A program made the position numbers and the translations under genes. From Coleofasciculus chthonoplastes F2-STO-03 (lineage in GTDB: Bacteria; Cyanobacteriota; Cyanobacteriia; Cyanobacteriales; Coleofasciculaceae), in assembly GCA_040222015.1 (NCBI GenBank), contig JAVJWO010000126.1:1-31515 (forward strand): a stretch of 31,515 nt of DNA. Direction: 5' to 3'. Positions 13,363 to 22,200 of the stretch are shown here, piece by piece. The stretch's first letter is position 1; each line of letters opens with the position of its first letter. The notes below the pieces were generated by a model, which worked only from the letters and a program-made list of their open reading frames with translations, was not told the origin of the DNA and ran no database searches.

Positions 13363-13818
13363 TCAATCCTCGTAAGGGTCAAAAATCACCTCAAATTCAG
13401 CCCCACGCATAAAGCGACGGAGTACACGTTTGTGATCTTCAGCGTCTTGACGGTTGTAAAATCGGGCTACCGTATAGCGACGAGCATCATTCAATAAGCG
13501 GATAATTGCCCAAGGGCGGGTTAAGTCTATGGGTTTTTCAAGATCCGACTGACTCGTCAGTGTCTCTAACCGTTCCTGTTTGAGCGCATTACGCACCAAT
13601 AACATCAGTTGTTTTCGGGCGGGAGTTTCCTGATTGGGTAGAACTGTCCAACCGGCTACAGGTGCGGGTAAATAGGTCAATGTCTGAGACTCTTCTGCTT
13701 TAGTGACGTTCCAAGCTAGACGGCGAGGTTGTTTTTGACATTGGTACCCCTGCTGTCTGAGAACTGAACAAAGACGTTCACCTTCTGTGGTTAGGCGCAA
13801 CCAATCACTGTGCTTCAT
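13363..13818 (-). CDS. Hypothetical protein with a C-terminal small cyanobacterial domain (PWxIIRLL...VARF...DAE)
   Basis: 151-aa ATG ORF filling the gap; C-terminal 50 aa recalled as a recurrent cyanobacterial hypothetical family (unverified). Confidence 0.7.
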   Translation of the reverse strand: MKHSDWLRLTTEGERLCSVLRQQGYQCQKQPRRLAWNVTKAEESQTLTYLPAPVAGWTVLPNQETPARKQLMLLVRNALKQERLETLTSQSDLEKPIDLTRPWAIIRLLNDARRYTVARFYNRQDAEDHKRVLRRFMRGAEFEVIFDPYED

Positions 13819-13987
13819 AGCGATTCTGAGAATAAAGATTAACTAGAGAATTTCTTCCCAATCCCCCAGGAAAACCAGAGAGATAGAGGTTTCGCTAGTT
13901 ACCCTACTTAAGGTTTATTCCCAAAAACCTATTGCTATTGTTTTGACAAATAACTTAATTCATAGTATTCTTATCGTCTCCAAAATA

Positions 13988-14015
13988 GTAGAGACGCGCC
14001 ATGGCGCGTCTCTAC
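13988..14015. repeat. Perfect 28-bp REP-like palindrome GTAGAGACGCGCCATGGCGCGTCTCTAC
   Basis: Self-complementary; same ends as the 11554 copy, different core. Confidence 0.85.
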
Positions 14016-14054
14016 TGGTACGGAATCACCGTGCCGTCTAGGGCGGTGAGGATA

Positions 14055-16613
14055 TCAATACACCACGATAATCGCCCAAAGGCTTATCCCCAAAGCGACT
14101 ATCCCTAAATGTTGCGTCAGGAGCGATCGCACAGGCTGACTGGCAATTTTCTGTGTCAGAACCATACTCAGCAGTACACCTGCAATCAACGTCACTCCCT
14201 GTAAAAACGCAATCACCGCCGGATGCGCCACAAACACAGGTAATCCCTCACCATTTAACCCAAACGTGGCAAAGGTTACAGGTAAAATCCGTCCCGCTTC
14301 TGTCAACCCCAAACGTAAATGGTGCGCCAGATTCCCCGCTAACACCAATGGCAAATATCCATACGCCAACTCAATCAGCGATCGCGGCTTGGGATTAGGT
14401 ATTGTTAAATTGAGCGTCTGAATCAGTCGGTAAGACAATTGAATTCCACCATAAGCAATTAAAGGAATCAACGCCGGGAGACTCAAAACCGCCAACGAAA
14501 ACCAAGCGTGTGTGCCAAATTGACTCAAATCTAGGTGTAAATTCAGTTGCTGATTTAACTCCGGTAAGCGATGCAGAAACACACCGCCTAATAACAGCAA
14601 CAATAACGCCACCTCATAGCTACGAGGAATATGAGTTGTCCACAACTCAATCCCTGGTGGACGCAAATTTACCTCCACAGAACGGTGCGGACAAGCTTTT
14701 AAACAGGTCATACACAAGACACAATCCCGATTATCTTGTAACTGGGCGGGATGGGAATACAACGGACAGCCATTAGTTTCCATTCCTTCCCCTTTCTGGG
14801 GTCCACCCTTATAACATTGATAGGTGGTACATTCTGCCGAACAGGTTCCCTGCTGCGCCCGTAACTCCGTCATGGATAACTTGGCAAACAAACCATTCAT
14901 TCCGCCAATGGGACACAAATAGCGACACCAAAAGCGACGCTCGAAAATCGCCGAGAAAATCATCGCCCCCGCCGTAATTAATAGGAGTAAACAAGCGGAA
15001 AGATACGCCGTATTTTCTAAATCCCAGAGTTCTTCCCACAGGAAAATTAGGGCAAATAAGCCAAACAAAAACCAGCCGCCCCAGGTTTCCGCTAATTGTC
15101 GTGACCACGGTTTTAATGGACGCGGAAATAGCCACAGGGATAATTTCTGGGTCACTTCCCCATAAATCATAAACGGACACACGGCACACCAAAGGCGTCC
15201 CACAACGGGAAAGCCAATCAAGACGAGGGGCCACCACCATGCCCAAAAGAGATTTAAGGTAAAGTTTTCCTCACGGGTTTGAGGTCCGATAAAGCCCATG
15301 ATTACGACAAAAGCAAACAAGCTTAAGGTAAACCCATAGTTAATGCGATCGGGCCACCAATCACTCCTTAAAAATCGCCGCAGTTGGGGATAAGTATTTA
15401 AGAGATTCAAGCGAAATTGTTTTTTCTTACTCTGAGAGGGCCACAACAGTTCTTCCGTGAGTTCTTTGCCAGAGTTAGCTTGAACCAGCGCCCGTTCCAC
15501 TAAGTTTTGTAATTCCCTAAGGTTTCCAGGAAAATCATAGGCTTGTAATTGACGTAGGGCTTCGGGTGTAATTTTGGGTTTATTAATCCCTTTGGCGCGA
15601 CATAAGAGACTAATATAATAGTTCATCTGGTCGCTAATATCCGTTTTTCTCACCCGTAGTGGCGGAACTTTAATCACTTGCCCAACCAGAGGGTTAATGG
15701 TGGGGAGCGCCGTTTCGGTAATCATAATAATCCGGGCGCTGCACTGTTTCACTTGTGTCGATTGTTCTAGAGAACGGCGGACAGGTTGATACGTCCCGGT
15801 TTCTAATAGAGTTACCAATTGAGGCATTAAATCCTGGGGCAATTCATCTACATTATTGAGAATCAACGTCCCTGTGTTCAGGGAATCAATGAGTCCCGGT
15901 TTTCCCCCTTCCCGCCCAAACAGTTCCGCACCACTGGCTTGCACTTTACTACAATCGATTTTAATCACAGGTTCGCGGCGATAGGCTGAACCAAAGTGAA
16001 TCAGCGCGGCGGTGTTGTCTTTTTCCAATCCGGGTTCACCGAAAATGAGTACAGACTGGCGAGTATCGGCGGCTTGTTTGATTTGTTGTCGCAGTCGCAC
16101 TGCATAGCGGCTTCTACCAATAATCCCCCGTTTGGCTTTGTTGACTAAATAGGGGCGCAGCGCCACCTGGCGTTCTTGTTCAACCTTGAGTTGAGACGAC
16201 AGGTGTGCCAAGTCTTGGGCAAGTTGGGGTGAGAAGGCTTGAGAAATTTCTGGATAGTGGTGGATTAAGTCTCGGAATTGTTCGGCTGGGATGCGCCACA
16301 GATGACTGTCGCTGCGGGTAACGATGGTTCTTTGAGCCGATTGATTGAGAAGTAACTCCTGTAAATGAATCACAGCGCCAGGAAGCCAACTGACGCCCCA
16401 AATCGAACCCAGTTGGTTGGTTCGGTAGCCTTCAATACGCCCCTGTTGCAGAATGTAGAGATAGTCTACCGGGGTATCTTCGATAACGAGACGCTCCTGG
16501 GCATTTACCGCTAGCGCTTCCATTCGGGGCGCGATCGCCTGTAAAATTTCATCGGAGAGAATACTAAAAGCTGTGCGTTCTCGCAGCCATGTCACTAGGT
16601 CGAGATAGGTCAT
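14055..16613 (-). CDS. cNMP-binding + degenerate sigma54-activator-type AAA + polytopic 4Fe-4S membrane domain protein
   Basis: N-terminal CRP-like fold (LYILQQGRIE); GEPGLEKD, PPLRVRK.DI, YDFPGNLRELQNLVERA; WCAVCP, WCRYLCP, CVLCMTCLKACP; ATG 16613 preceded by GAGGACAGG. Confidence 0.88.
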   Translation of the reverse strand: MTYLDLVTWLRERTAFSILSDEILQAIAPRMEALAVNAQERLVIEDTPVDYLYILQQGRIEGYRTNQLGSIWGVSWLPGAVIHLQELLLNQSAQRTIVTRSDSHLWRIPAEQFRDLIHHYPEISQAFSPQLAQDLAHLSSQLKVEQERQVALRPYLVNKAKRGIIGRSRYAVRLRQQIKQAADTRQSVLIFGEPGLEKDNTAALIHFGSAYRREPVIKIDCSKVQASGAELFGREGGKPGLIDSLNTGTLILNNVDELPQDLMPQLVTLLETGTYQPVRRSLEQSTQVKQCSARIIMITETALPTINPLVGQVIKVPPLRVRKTDISDQMNYYISLLCRAKGINKPKITPEALRQLQAYDFPGNLRELQNLVERALVQANSGKELTEELLWPSQSKKKQFRLNLLNTYPQLRRFLRSDWWPDRINYGFTLSLFAFVVIMGFIGPQTREENFTLNLFWAWWWPLVLIGFPVVGRLWCAVCPFMIYGEVTQKLSLWLFPRPLKPWSRQLAETWGGWFLFGLFALIFLWEELWDLENTAYLSACLLLLITAGAMIFSAIFERRFWCRYLCPIGGMNGLFAKLSMTELRAQQGTCSAECTTYQCYKGGPQKGEGMETNGCPLYSHPAQLQDNRDCVLCMTCLKACPHRSVEVNLRPPGIELWTTHIPRSYEVALLLLLLGGVFLHRLPELNQQLNLHLDLSQFGTHAWFSLAVLSLPALIPLIAYGGIQLSYRLIQTLNLTIPNPKPRSLIELAYGYLPLVLAGNLAHHLRLGLTEAGRILPVTFATFGLNGEGLPVFVAHPAVIAFLQGVTLIAGVLLSMVLTQKIASQPVRSLLTQHLGIVALGISLWAIIVVY

Positions 16614-16644
16614 CCTGTCCTCATCATCCAATTTAGTTTATAGT

Positions 16645-16662
16645 TTGTTTATCGATAATCAA
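16645..16662. promoter_or_regulatory. Near-perfect 18-bp palindrome TTGTTTATCGATAATCAA
   Basis: One mismatched pair; lies mid-way in the 87-bp divergent gap between 16613(-) and 16701(+). Confidence 0.45.
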
Positions 16663-16700
16663 TGGATTCATTCCCGTAACCAACGGTAAAACACAACCAA

Positions 16701-16787
16701 ATGATCGAGCTGGCGAATCTCTGGGTTCCTCTAGCGCTTTTGGGGTTGATTATCCTAGCCGCGCTGTTTTTTAGTTGGGCAAGTTAG
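16701..16787 (+). CDS. Putative 28-aa single-TM small protein MIELANLWVPLALLGLIILAALFFSWAS
   Basis: ATG..TAG ORF translated by hand; uninterrupted hydrophobic run of about 22 aa; below the ORF-track cutoff. Confidence 0.5.
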   Translation: MIELANLWVPLALLGLIILAALFFSWAS

Positions 16788-16885
16788 ACAAGGTGTAAGT
16801 AGGTGGGGACAATTAAAGTTAACGGTAGGGATAGTCATTCGTCATACTCGAACAGCTCCCAGCAAGCTACGTCATTCGTCCTTGT

Positions 16886-17016
16886 CTCCTCCAGCTTCCC
16901 CAGCTCCCTCTGCTTCCCCAGCTCCCTCTGCTCCCCCAGCTCCCCCAGCTCCCTCTGCTCCCCCAGCTCCCCCAGCTCCCCCCGCTTCCCCAGCTCCCCC
17001 AGCTCCCTCTGCTTCC
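16886..17016. repeat. Tandem nonamer tract (CCCCAGCTC / CCTCTGCTY)n
   Basis: About 14 nine-base units. Confidence 0.9.
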
Positions 17017-17097
17017 GTACCCTATTGCCATCCACCATCCCATTATCTCTAGGTATAGGTAAAATATGCATCAGTGATTTTAGCCCCCTTGTTATCT

Positions 17098-17451
17098 ATG
17101 AGCGGACATCTGCCGCCGATTAGTGATTTACGCGCTCGCCATACTGGCTGGGATAAACCAACGCCAGAACATCTTAAGGATATTGGCACGATTGAGTTTT
17201 TCTGGCGAAACCTGTTTGAGGCAATTTTCCATCCGGAGCAAGGCAACTGGCAATATCATTGGCAGCAGCTCTACAATCTGATTTTGGAGCGATGCCCTGA
17301 CAATGATGAACGCCGCACGACTATTTTCTACCTAGAGACGGTCAAAAACTGCTTAAAGATAGAGGGAGACTGGAAAAAATATTGGAAACGGATACTGATT
17401 TATATGGAAAATGCGAGAGATTGGGCGAGGAAATCGGTGATCCGAGGATGA
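17098..17451 (+). CDS. Hypothetical Trp-rich helical protein
   Basis: ATG at 17098, 117 aa, protein-like composition; family not recognised. Confidence 0.55.
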   Translation: MSGHLPPISDLRARHTGWDKPTPEHLKDIGTIEFFWRNLFEAIFHPEQGNWQYHWQQLYNLILERCPDNDERRTTIFYLETVKNCLKIEGDWKKYWKRILIYMENARDWARKSVIRG

Positions 17452-17630
17452 GCCTGATTCCGGAACGAGTGGGATGATTGATACACCCGTTATAGGAGAT
17501 GAGGAAGATGTTAGCGAAACGGGACAAAGTTGGGAAGATGAGAGAGTTGTGAGTTAACCAGCAAAGCATCCTGATCCACACCAGTAAATCCTGAACAAAG
17601 GAAAACGAAGGAATAGAGGAGCCGATCAGG

Positions 17631-17879
17631 ATGCCTGAATATCAGTGGAAATTAACAATTATAGAGCGTAACTTGCTGTTATCGAATTGGATGAACCTAA
17701 TTCCAGAAGCCCAAGAGCGTATGCTAGAAGAGGCGGACGAGTTGATGGCAATGTTACCCTTCTCCGATAGGCAACGGTTACTGGCGTCTTTGGAAATGCT
17801 TCAACCTCATACCCAAGCCGAGTTATACCAGAAGATTGAGCAGATTTTAGGGAGTCAGATGGAGTTACATGCCGCATAG
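17631..17879 (+). CDS. Hypothetical 82-aa helical protein
   Basis: ATG preceded by GAGGAG; amphipathic helical pattern. Confidence 0.65.
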   Translation: MPEYQWKLTIIERNLLLSNWMNLIPEAQERMLEEADELMAMLPFSDRQRLLASLEMLQPHTQAELYQKIEQILGSQMELHAA

Positions 17880-17912
17880 GAAGGAATTGGGTCCCGTCTG
17901 CGTCAACTTCTG

Positions 17913-17982
17913 CCCCCTCACCCCCAGCCCCTCTCCCACGCTGGGGAGAGGGGAGTAGGGGCACGACATGTCGTGCCCCTAC
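17913..17982. repeat. Composite REP-like element: CCCCTCTCCC...GGGAGAGGGG hairpin plus perfect GTAGGGGCACGACATGTCGTGCCCCTAC
   Basis: Two adjacent palindromes between convergent genes. Confidence 0.8.
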
Positions 17983-17991
17983 AAATGGTTC

Positions 17992-18921
17992 TCAAGAGGA
18001 ACACAGCAGATTCATTAGAGATTGGGGTATCTCTTCAAAATGCTCTAACAAAAAATCCATAATTGCCAGATGGCGCAAGTCAACGGGTTTAGGGGGGTAG
18101 TATCCTTTACCTCGGTTAAACCAACACTGCACTGTCCCCAGGGAACGGGAACAGATATGAGAAATTTGTTCATACGTTACATCCCATTTGGAATAAAACT
18201 GCTTTGGCGTCATCCCTAATTGACAGTAGCTGTAGAGGTCAATGATGTTTTTTTCCCGCTGGTTGATCGGGCGGAGATTGTGTCGCTGACGGGGATTATA
18301 GCGTCCAGTTAGGCTATGCACAGATCGAGACTCGATCGCACGGCGAGAACGAGTTTTATAACGGTATGGGTTGCCATTCTCTTCATTGGATTCAACGGGA
18401 TCGGGTATTTTTTCCAAGTCTGCTTCAGAAGCTGTATCCGTGGCTATCCAAGCTGCACTGGGAGAATTAGGGGCGAGTTGGATGATGTAGCAAACCATCC
18501 ACTGACGGCGATGGTGGTTGTAGTCATAGAAGCGTCCCAGAATCACGCCCCAGTCGGGATTAGCGGTTTTCCACTGGACGCGATCGCCTTCTTGGTAACG
18601 GGGGGTAGGGATTGGTGATTGGAGATTGGGAAAATTCTCCCCCATCTTCCCCTTCTCCTCCATCTCCTCACCATGACGCAGGGCGTTTAATGCGCCAGCG
18701 ATGAGTTTTCCGTTGACGCTTCGGGTCAACTCCTGGATAAATAGCTTGGCGATCGCATTGACTTCAGCATCGGTTAGGTGCATTTGCGACGCATCAAAGT
18801 CAATGTCGCTGTAGTGCTTAATCAAAGAGAGGAGTTGGGTTATGCAAAATTCTTCTAACACTTGCTGGGCAGTTGTTTCAGCGATATGGCTGGTGTCGAA
18901 TTGAGGGAGTAGAGGTTTCAT
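17992..18921 (-). CDS. Multi-module hypothetical protein with C-terminal helix-turn-helix domain
   Basis: WDVTYEQISHICSRSLGTVQCWF HTH pattern; central beta-rich module YQEGDRVQW...WGVILG. Confidence 0.72.
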   Translation of the reverse strand: MKPLLPQFDTSHIAETTAQQVLEEFCITQLLSLIKHYSDIDFDASQMHLTDAEVNAIAKLFIQELTRSVNGKLIAGALNALRHGEEMEEKGKMGENFPNLQSPIPTPRYQEGDRVQWKTANPDWGVILGRFYDYNHHRRQWMVCYIIQLAPNSPSAAWIATDTASEADLEKIPDPVESNEENGNPYRYKTRSRRAIESRSVHSLTGRYNPRQRHNLRPINQREKNIIDLYSYCQLGMTPKQFYSKWDVTYEQISHICSRSLGTVQCWFNRGKGYYPPKPVDLRHLAIMDFLLEHFEEIPQSLMNLLCSS

Positions 18922-18966
18922 GGGGTTCTTCTACTTATGTAACGTTTAGTGCATTAATTATTTGTA

Positions 18967-18984
18967 ATAATGTTATAACATTAT
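18967..18984. promoter_or_regulatory. Perfect 18-bp palindrome ATAATGTTATAACATTAT, candidate operator
   Basis: Fully self-complementary; 46-63 bp upstream of the HTH gene start. Confidence 0.55.
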
Positions 18985-19049
18985 ATGTAAAATAAAAACC
19001 CTTTTGTCTCAAAAAAAGAGACCAGGGAAAAATACTTTGATCTGAAAAA

Positions 19050-19120
19050 CGTAGGGTGGGTTAGGCGGGATTTAAATTGAAGCGATAACCATTCAATGAA
19101 CTATCCCCTGTAACCCACCG
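19050..19120. repeat. GTAGGGTGGGTTA...TAACCCACC long-loop REP-like element
   Basis: GGTGGGTTA / TAACCCACC inverted arms. Confidence 0.55.
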
Positions 19121-19148
19121 ATGTTAACTGAAAGGTGTATTAACTTGT

Positions 19149-19254
19149 TACAGCGCTTTTCAAGTAAGTGAGGTACACAGACAGATCCCCGACTTTTTGG
19201 AGAAGTCGGGGATCTTGCTTAAGGCTATACCTCATCAACCTGAAATCTGCTGTA
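19149..19254. mobile_element. 106-bp MITE with TA ends and internal hairpin
   Basis: Imperfect 29-bp TIRs TACAGC...TTTCA...TGAGGTA; core AGATCCCCGACTT...AAGTCGGGGATCT. Confidence 0.7.
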
Positions 19255-19266
19255 TTTTATCGCTGC

Positions 19267-22200
19267 TTACCTCCCGCCATCTCCAGTTAATGAAAACGCC
19301 GCCCAGAAATAGGGATGAGGATAATCCTTTCGCACCTCAATCTGCGCCTGTCGCAATGCCTCAGCTTTACTCATCCCCGCCTGCCAATGGGTGTAAAATC
19401 GTTCCATTAACAATCCTGTCGCCGCATCATCAACATTCCATAAACTAGCAATCACTGTAGGTGTTCCTGCATAGAGAAACGCCCGATTGAGTCCCACCAC
19501 TTCATCGCCTTTATTTAATTCACCAATTTTGGTTTGACAGGCGCTGAGGACAACTAGGTTTGTGGTAGTGGTTAAATCTAATCCGTAGACTTCATGGACT
19601 TCTAAACGTCCATCATTTTCCGTATCTCCAGCTAAACGGATAGCGCTGAATAAAGCATTGTTGGTGTTGTATTCCCCGTGAACAGCGAGGTGTAAAATGC
19701 CCGATTGGGTGGCTTTTGACCAAACGCTGGTTTCCGTTGCGGTTTTGCCCAATAGGGGTTGGCTGTTGAAGAGTTGGGCGATGGTTTGAACTTCTTTTCG
19801 AGCAAAATTCAAGGGGGAAAGTCCGGGAACATCAGCATCACCGAGGGCTAATACACTGTTGGTTTGAGATTTGCGTTTTTCGGGAAGAAAGCGCAAGATG
19901 CTAGCGCTGGGTAGGGTAGATAAGGCGTAGTTATCGCTGAAGTAACGGTTCCCGTCAGTAAGGGCGGCGAAGGGGAGATAATGCAGAATACCGTGGGGAA
20001 CAATGGCGATTTTGGCGGTGTTGAGATGGGGTTGCAGGGGTGTAATCAGCCAATCGTGCAGGTTTTGCAGTTCTTGGGGATGGGCTTCATCGATGTCACC
20101 TAAGTCTCGGAATAGGGTAAGTTCATCTTTGAGTTGTTTACGAGTGACGTTGAGGGTGACGGTTTGAAAGCTGTTTTGGGTGATAATGAAGGCTAGGGTA
20201 CGGTCTTCGGTGACAAAGTATTCGATGAGCGTAGTATCGGCATCAAGTAAGTCTTGGATTTCTGAGAGGGAGGCTACGTCTACAGTGATTAAGTCGGCAG
20301 TTTCTGGACTTTGGATTTTCAGTTGGAGGAGTAAGTCTTGGTAGTTTTTTTCGAGGCTGGCGATTTGGGTTTCTGTCTGGGCAATGGTGTCGGCATCCCA
20401 TTTATTTCTCGGACGATTGTGGAGGGTGATTAATTGCTGGCGCAGGGCGATGATTTGGTTTTTTAGAGTTTGTTCTTGTTGTAATAGTTTGGAGTCAGCC
20501 CCTGCGCGGAAGTCGATTTGACCATTGGCGAGTTGATCGAGAAAGGCTCTGGCTTTTGCCCGTTCAACGTAGTTGAAGGCGTCTTTAAAGTCACTTTTAT
20601 TCCACAGTAAGTTGATGAGACGTTCATAAAGATCTATCTGGTGGCTGGCAAAAGAGGCTTTCAATTCATCTACCTTGATCTCACTTTGGATAGATTCCTT
20701 TACCTCAATTGCTTGTGTGTAGTACTTAATAGCGTCCTCAGTTTCTCCTTGATTTTCGGATAAAAATCCTAGATTTCCGAGTGTTATCCATTCCACTGAG
20801 CGATTACCCACTTCCTGGAAAATGGACAAAGCTTGGTTGTAGTAATCGAGAGCCTGCTGGGTTTCCCCACGGTCATTGTAGACTATACCGATATTATTCA
20901 GGGTGGTCGCTTTTCCTGAATGATCACCTACTTCCTCACGAATAAGCAAAGCGTGGTTGTAGAAATTGAGAGCCTGCTGGGTTTCCCCACGGTCATCGTA
21001 GACTCTACCAATATTATTCAAGGTGGTGGCTTCTTCGGAGCGATTACCCACTTCCCGGAAAATGGACAAAGCTTGGTTGTAGTAATCGAGAGCCTTCTGG
21101 GGTTGCCCAATTCTATCGTAAACTCTACCGATATTATTCTGGGTAGTAGCAACTCCTGAACGCTCACCAACTTTCTGGAAAATGGGTAAAGCTTGGTTGT
21201 AGTATTTGAGAGCCTTCTGGAGTTGCCCAATTCCATCATATACTCCACCGATATTATTCAGAGTGGTGGCTTCCATTGAGCGATTTTTCACTTCCCGGAG
21301 AATGGGCAAAGCTTGGTTATAGAAATCGAGAGCCTTCTGGGGTTGCCCAATGGTATGGTACACTCTACCTATATTATTTAGGATGGTGGCTTCTTCGGAG
21401 CGATTTTTCGCTTCCTGGAAAATGGGCAAAGCTTGATTGAAGTAATCGAGAGCCTTCTGAGGTTGCCCAAGGACATAGTAGACTCCACCTATATTACCTA
21501 GGGTGGTGGCAGCTCCTAGAGTATCGTTCACTTCATGACTAATGGATACAACTTTTTCATAGTATTCTAATGCTTGGCGCAGTTTCCCTTGGACATGGTA
21601 AATTGAACCAATATTATTCAGAGTGGTGGCTTCTGCGAAGCGATCGCCCACTTCCTGAAGAATGGGTAAAGCTTGGTTGTAGTAATCTAATGCCTGCTGT
21701 AGTTGCCCAAGGACATAGTAGACTCTACCTATATTATTTAGGGCGGCGGCTTCTCCTGAACGATCACCCACTTCCTGAAAAATGGGTAAAGCTTTGTTGT
21801 AGTCTTCGAGAGCCTTCTGAGGTTGTCCCATACCATAGTAGACTTCACCGATATTATTCAGGATGGTAGCTTCTCCTGAACGATCACCCACTTCCTTGTA
21901 AATCGGCAAAGCTTGTTTGTAGAAATCGAGAGCCTTCTGGGGTTGCCCAAGGGTATTGTAGGCAAAACCAATATTACTCAGGATGATGGCTTCTAATTCT
22001 CTTTCTTTCAGTTGTCGCGCTATCGCTAGAGCCTGCTGAAATGTTTCTATTGATTGTAAAGCTTGCCTTTGCTCCCTTTGTTGAACGGCTTGCTGTAGAA
22101 GTTTCTGTAATTCTTCCTCCTGGGAATTTTGAGTCTGTGCTAAACTGGTTTTAGCTATTGGCGGCACAGTCACCAAGGTCAAGCCAAATACAGGAATCAG

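Noticed and set aside
14055..16613. Calling this a functional sigma54 enhancer-binding protein (NtrC/NifA)
   Set aside because: No GAFTGA loop, degenerate Walker motifs and no DNA-binding domain
16803..17123. 106-aa (+) and 78-aa (-) ORFs with SSP/ELG repeats
   Set aside because: Open only because the nonamer tandem tract has no stops; no independent coding evidence
17475..17558. 27-aa acidic smORF MIDTPVIGDEED...
   Set aside because: No recognisable motif or clear RBS; indistinguishable from chance
17659..17964. 101-aa minus-strand ORF
   Set aside because: Starts in REP palindromes and is antisense to the 82-aa gene that has a good RBS
20740..22010. Regular repeats resembling an array or DGR template
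   Set aside because: In-frame TPR coding repeats; no reverse transcriptase in the window and no adenine-specific pattern noticed
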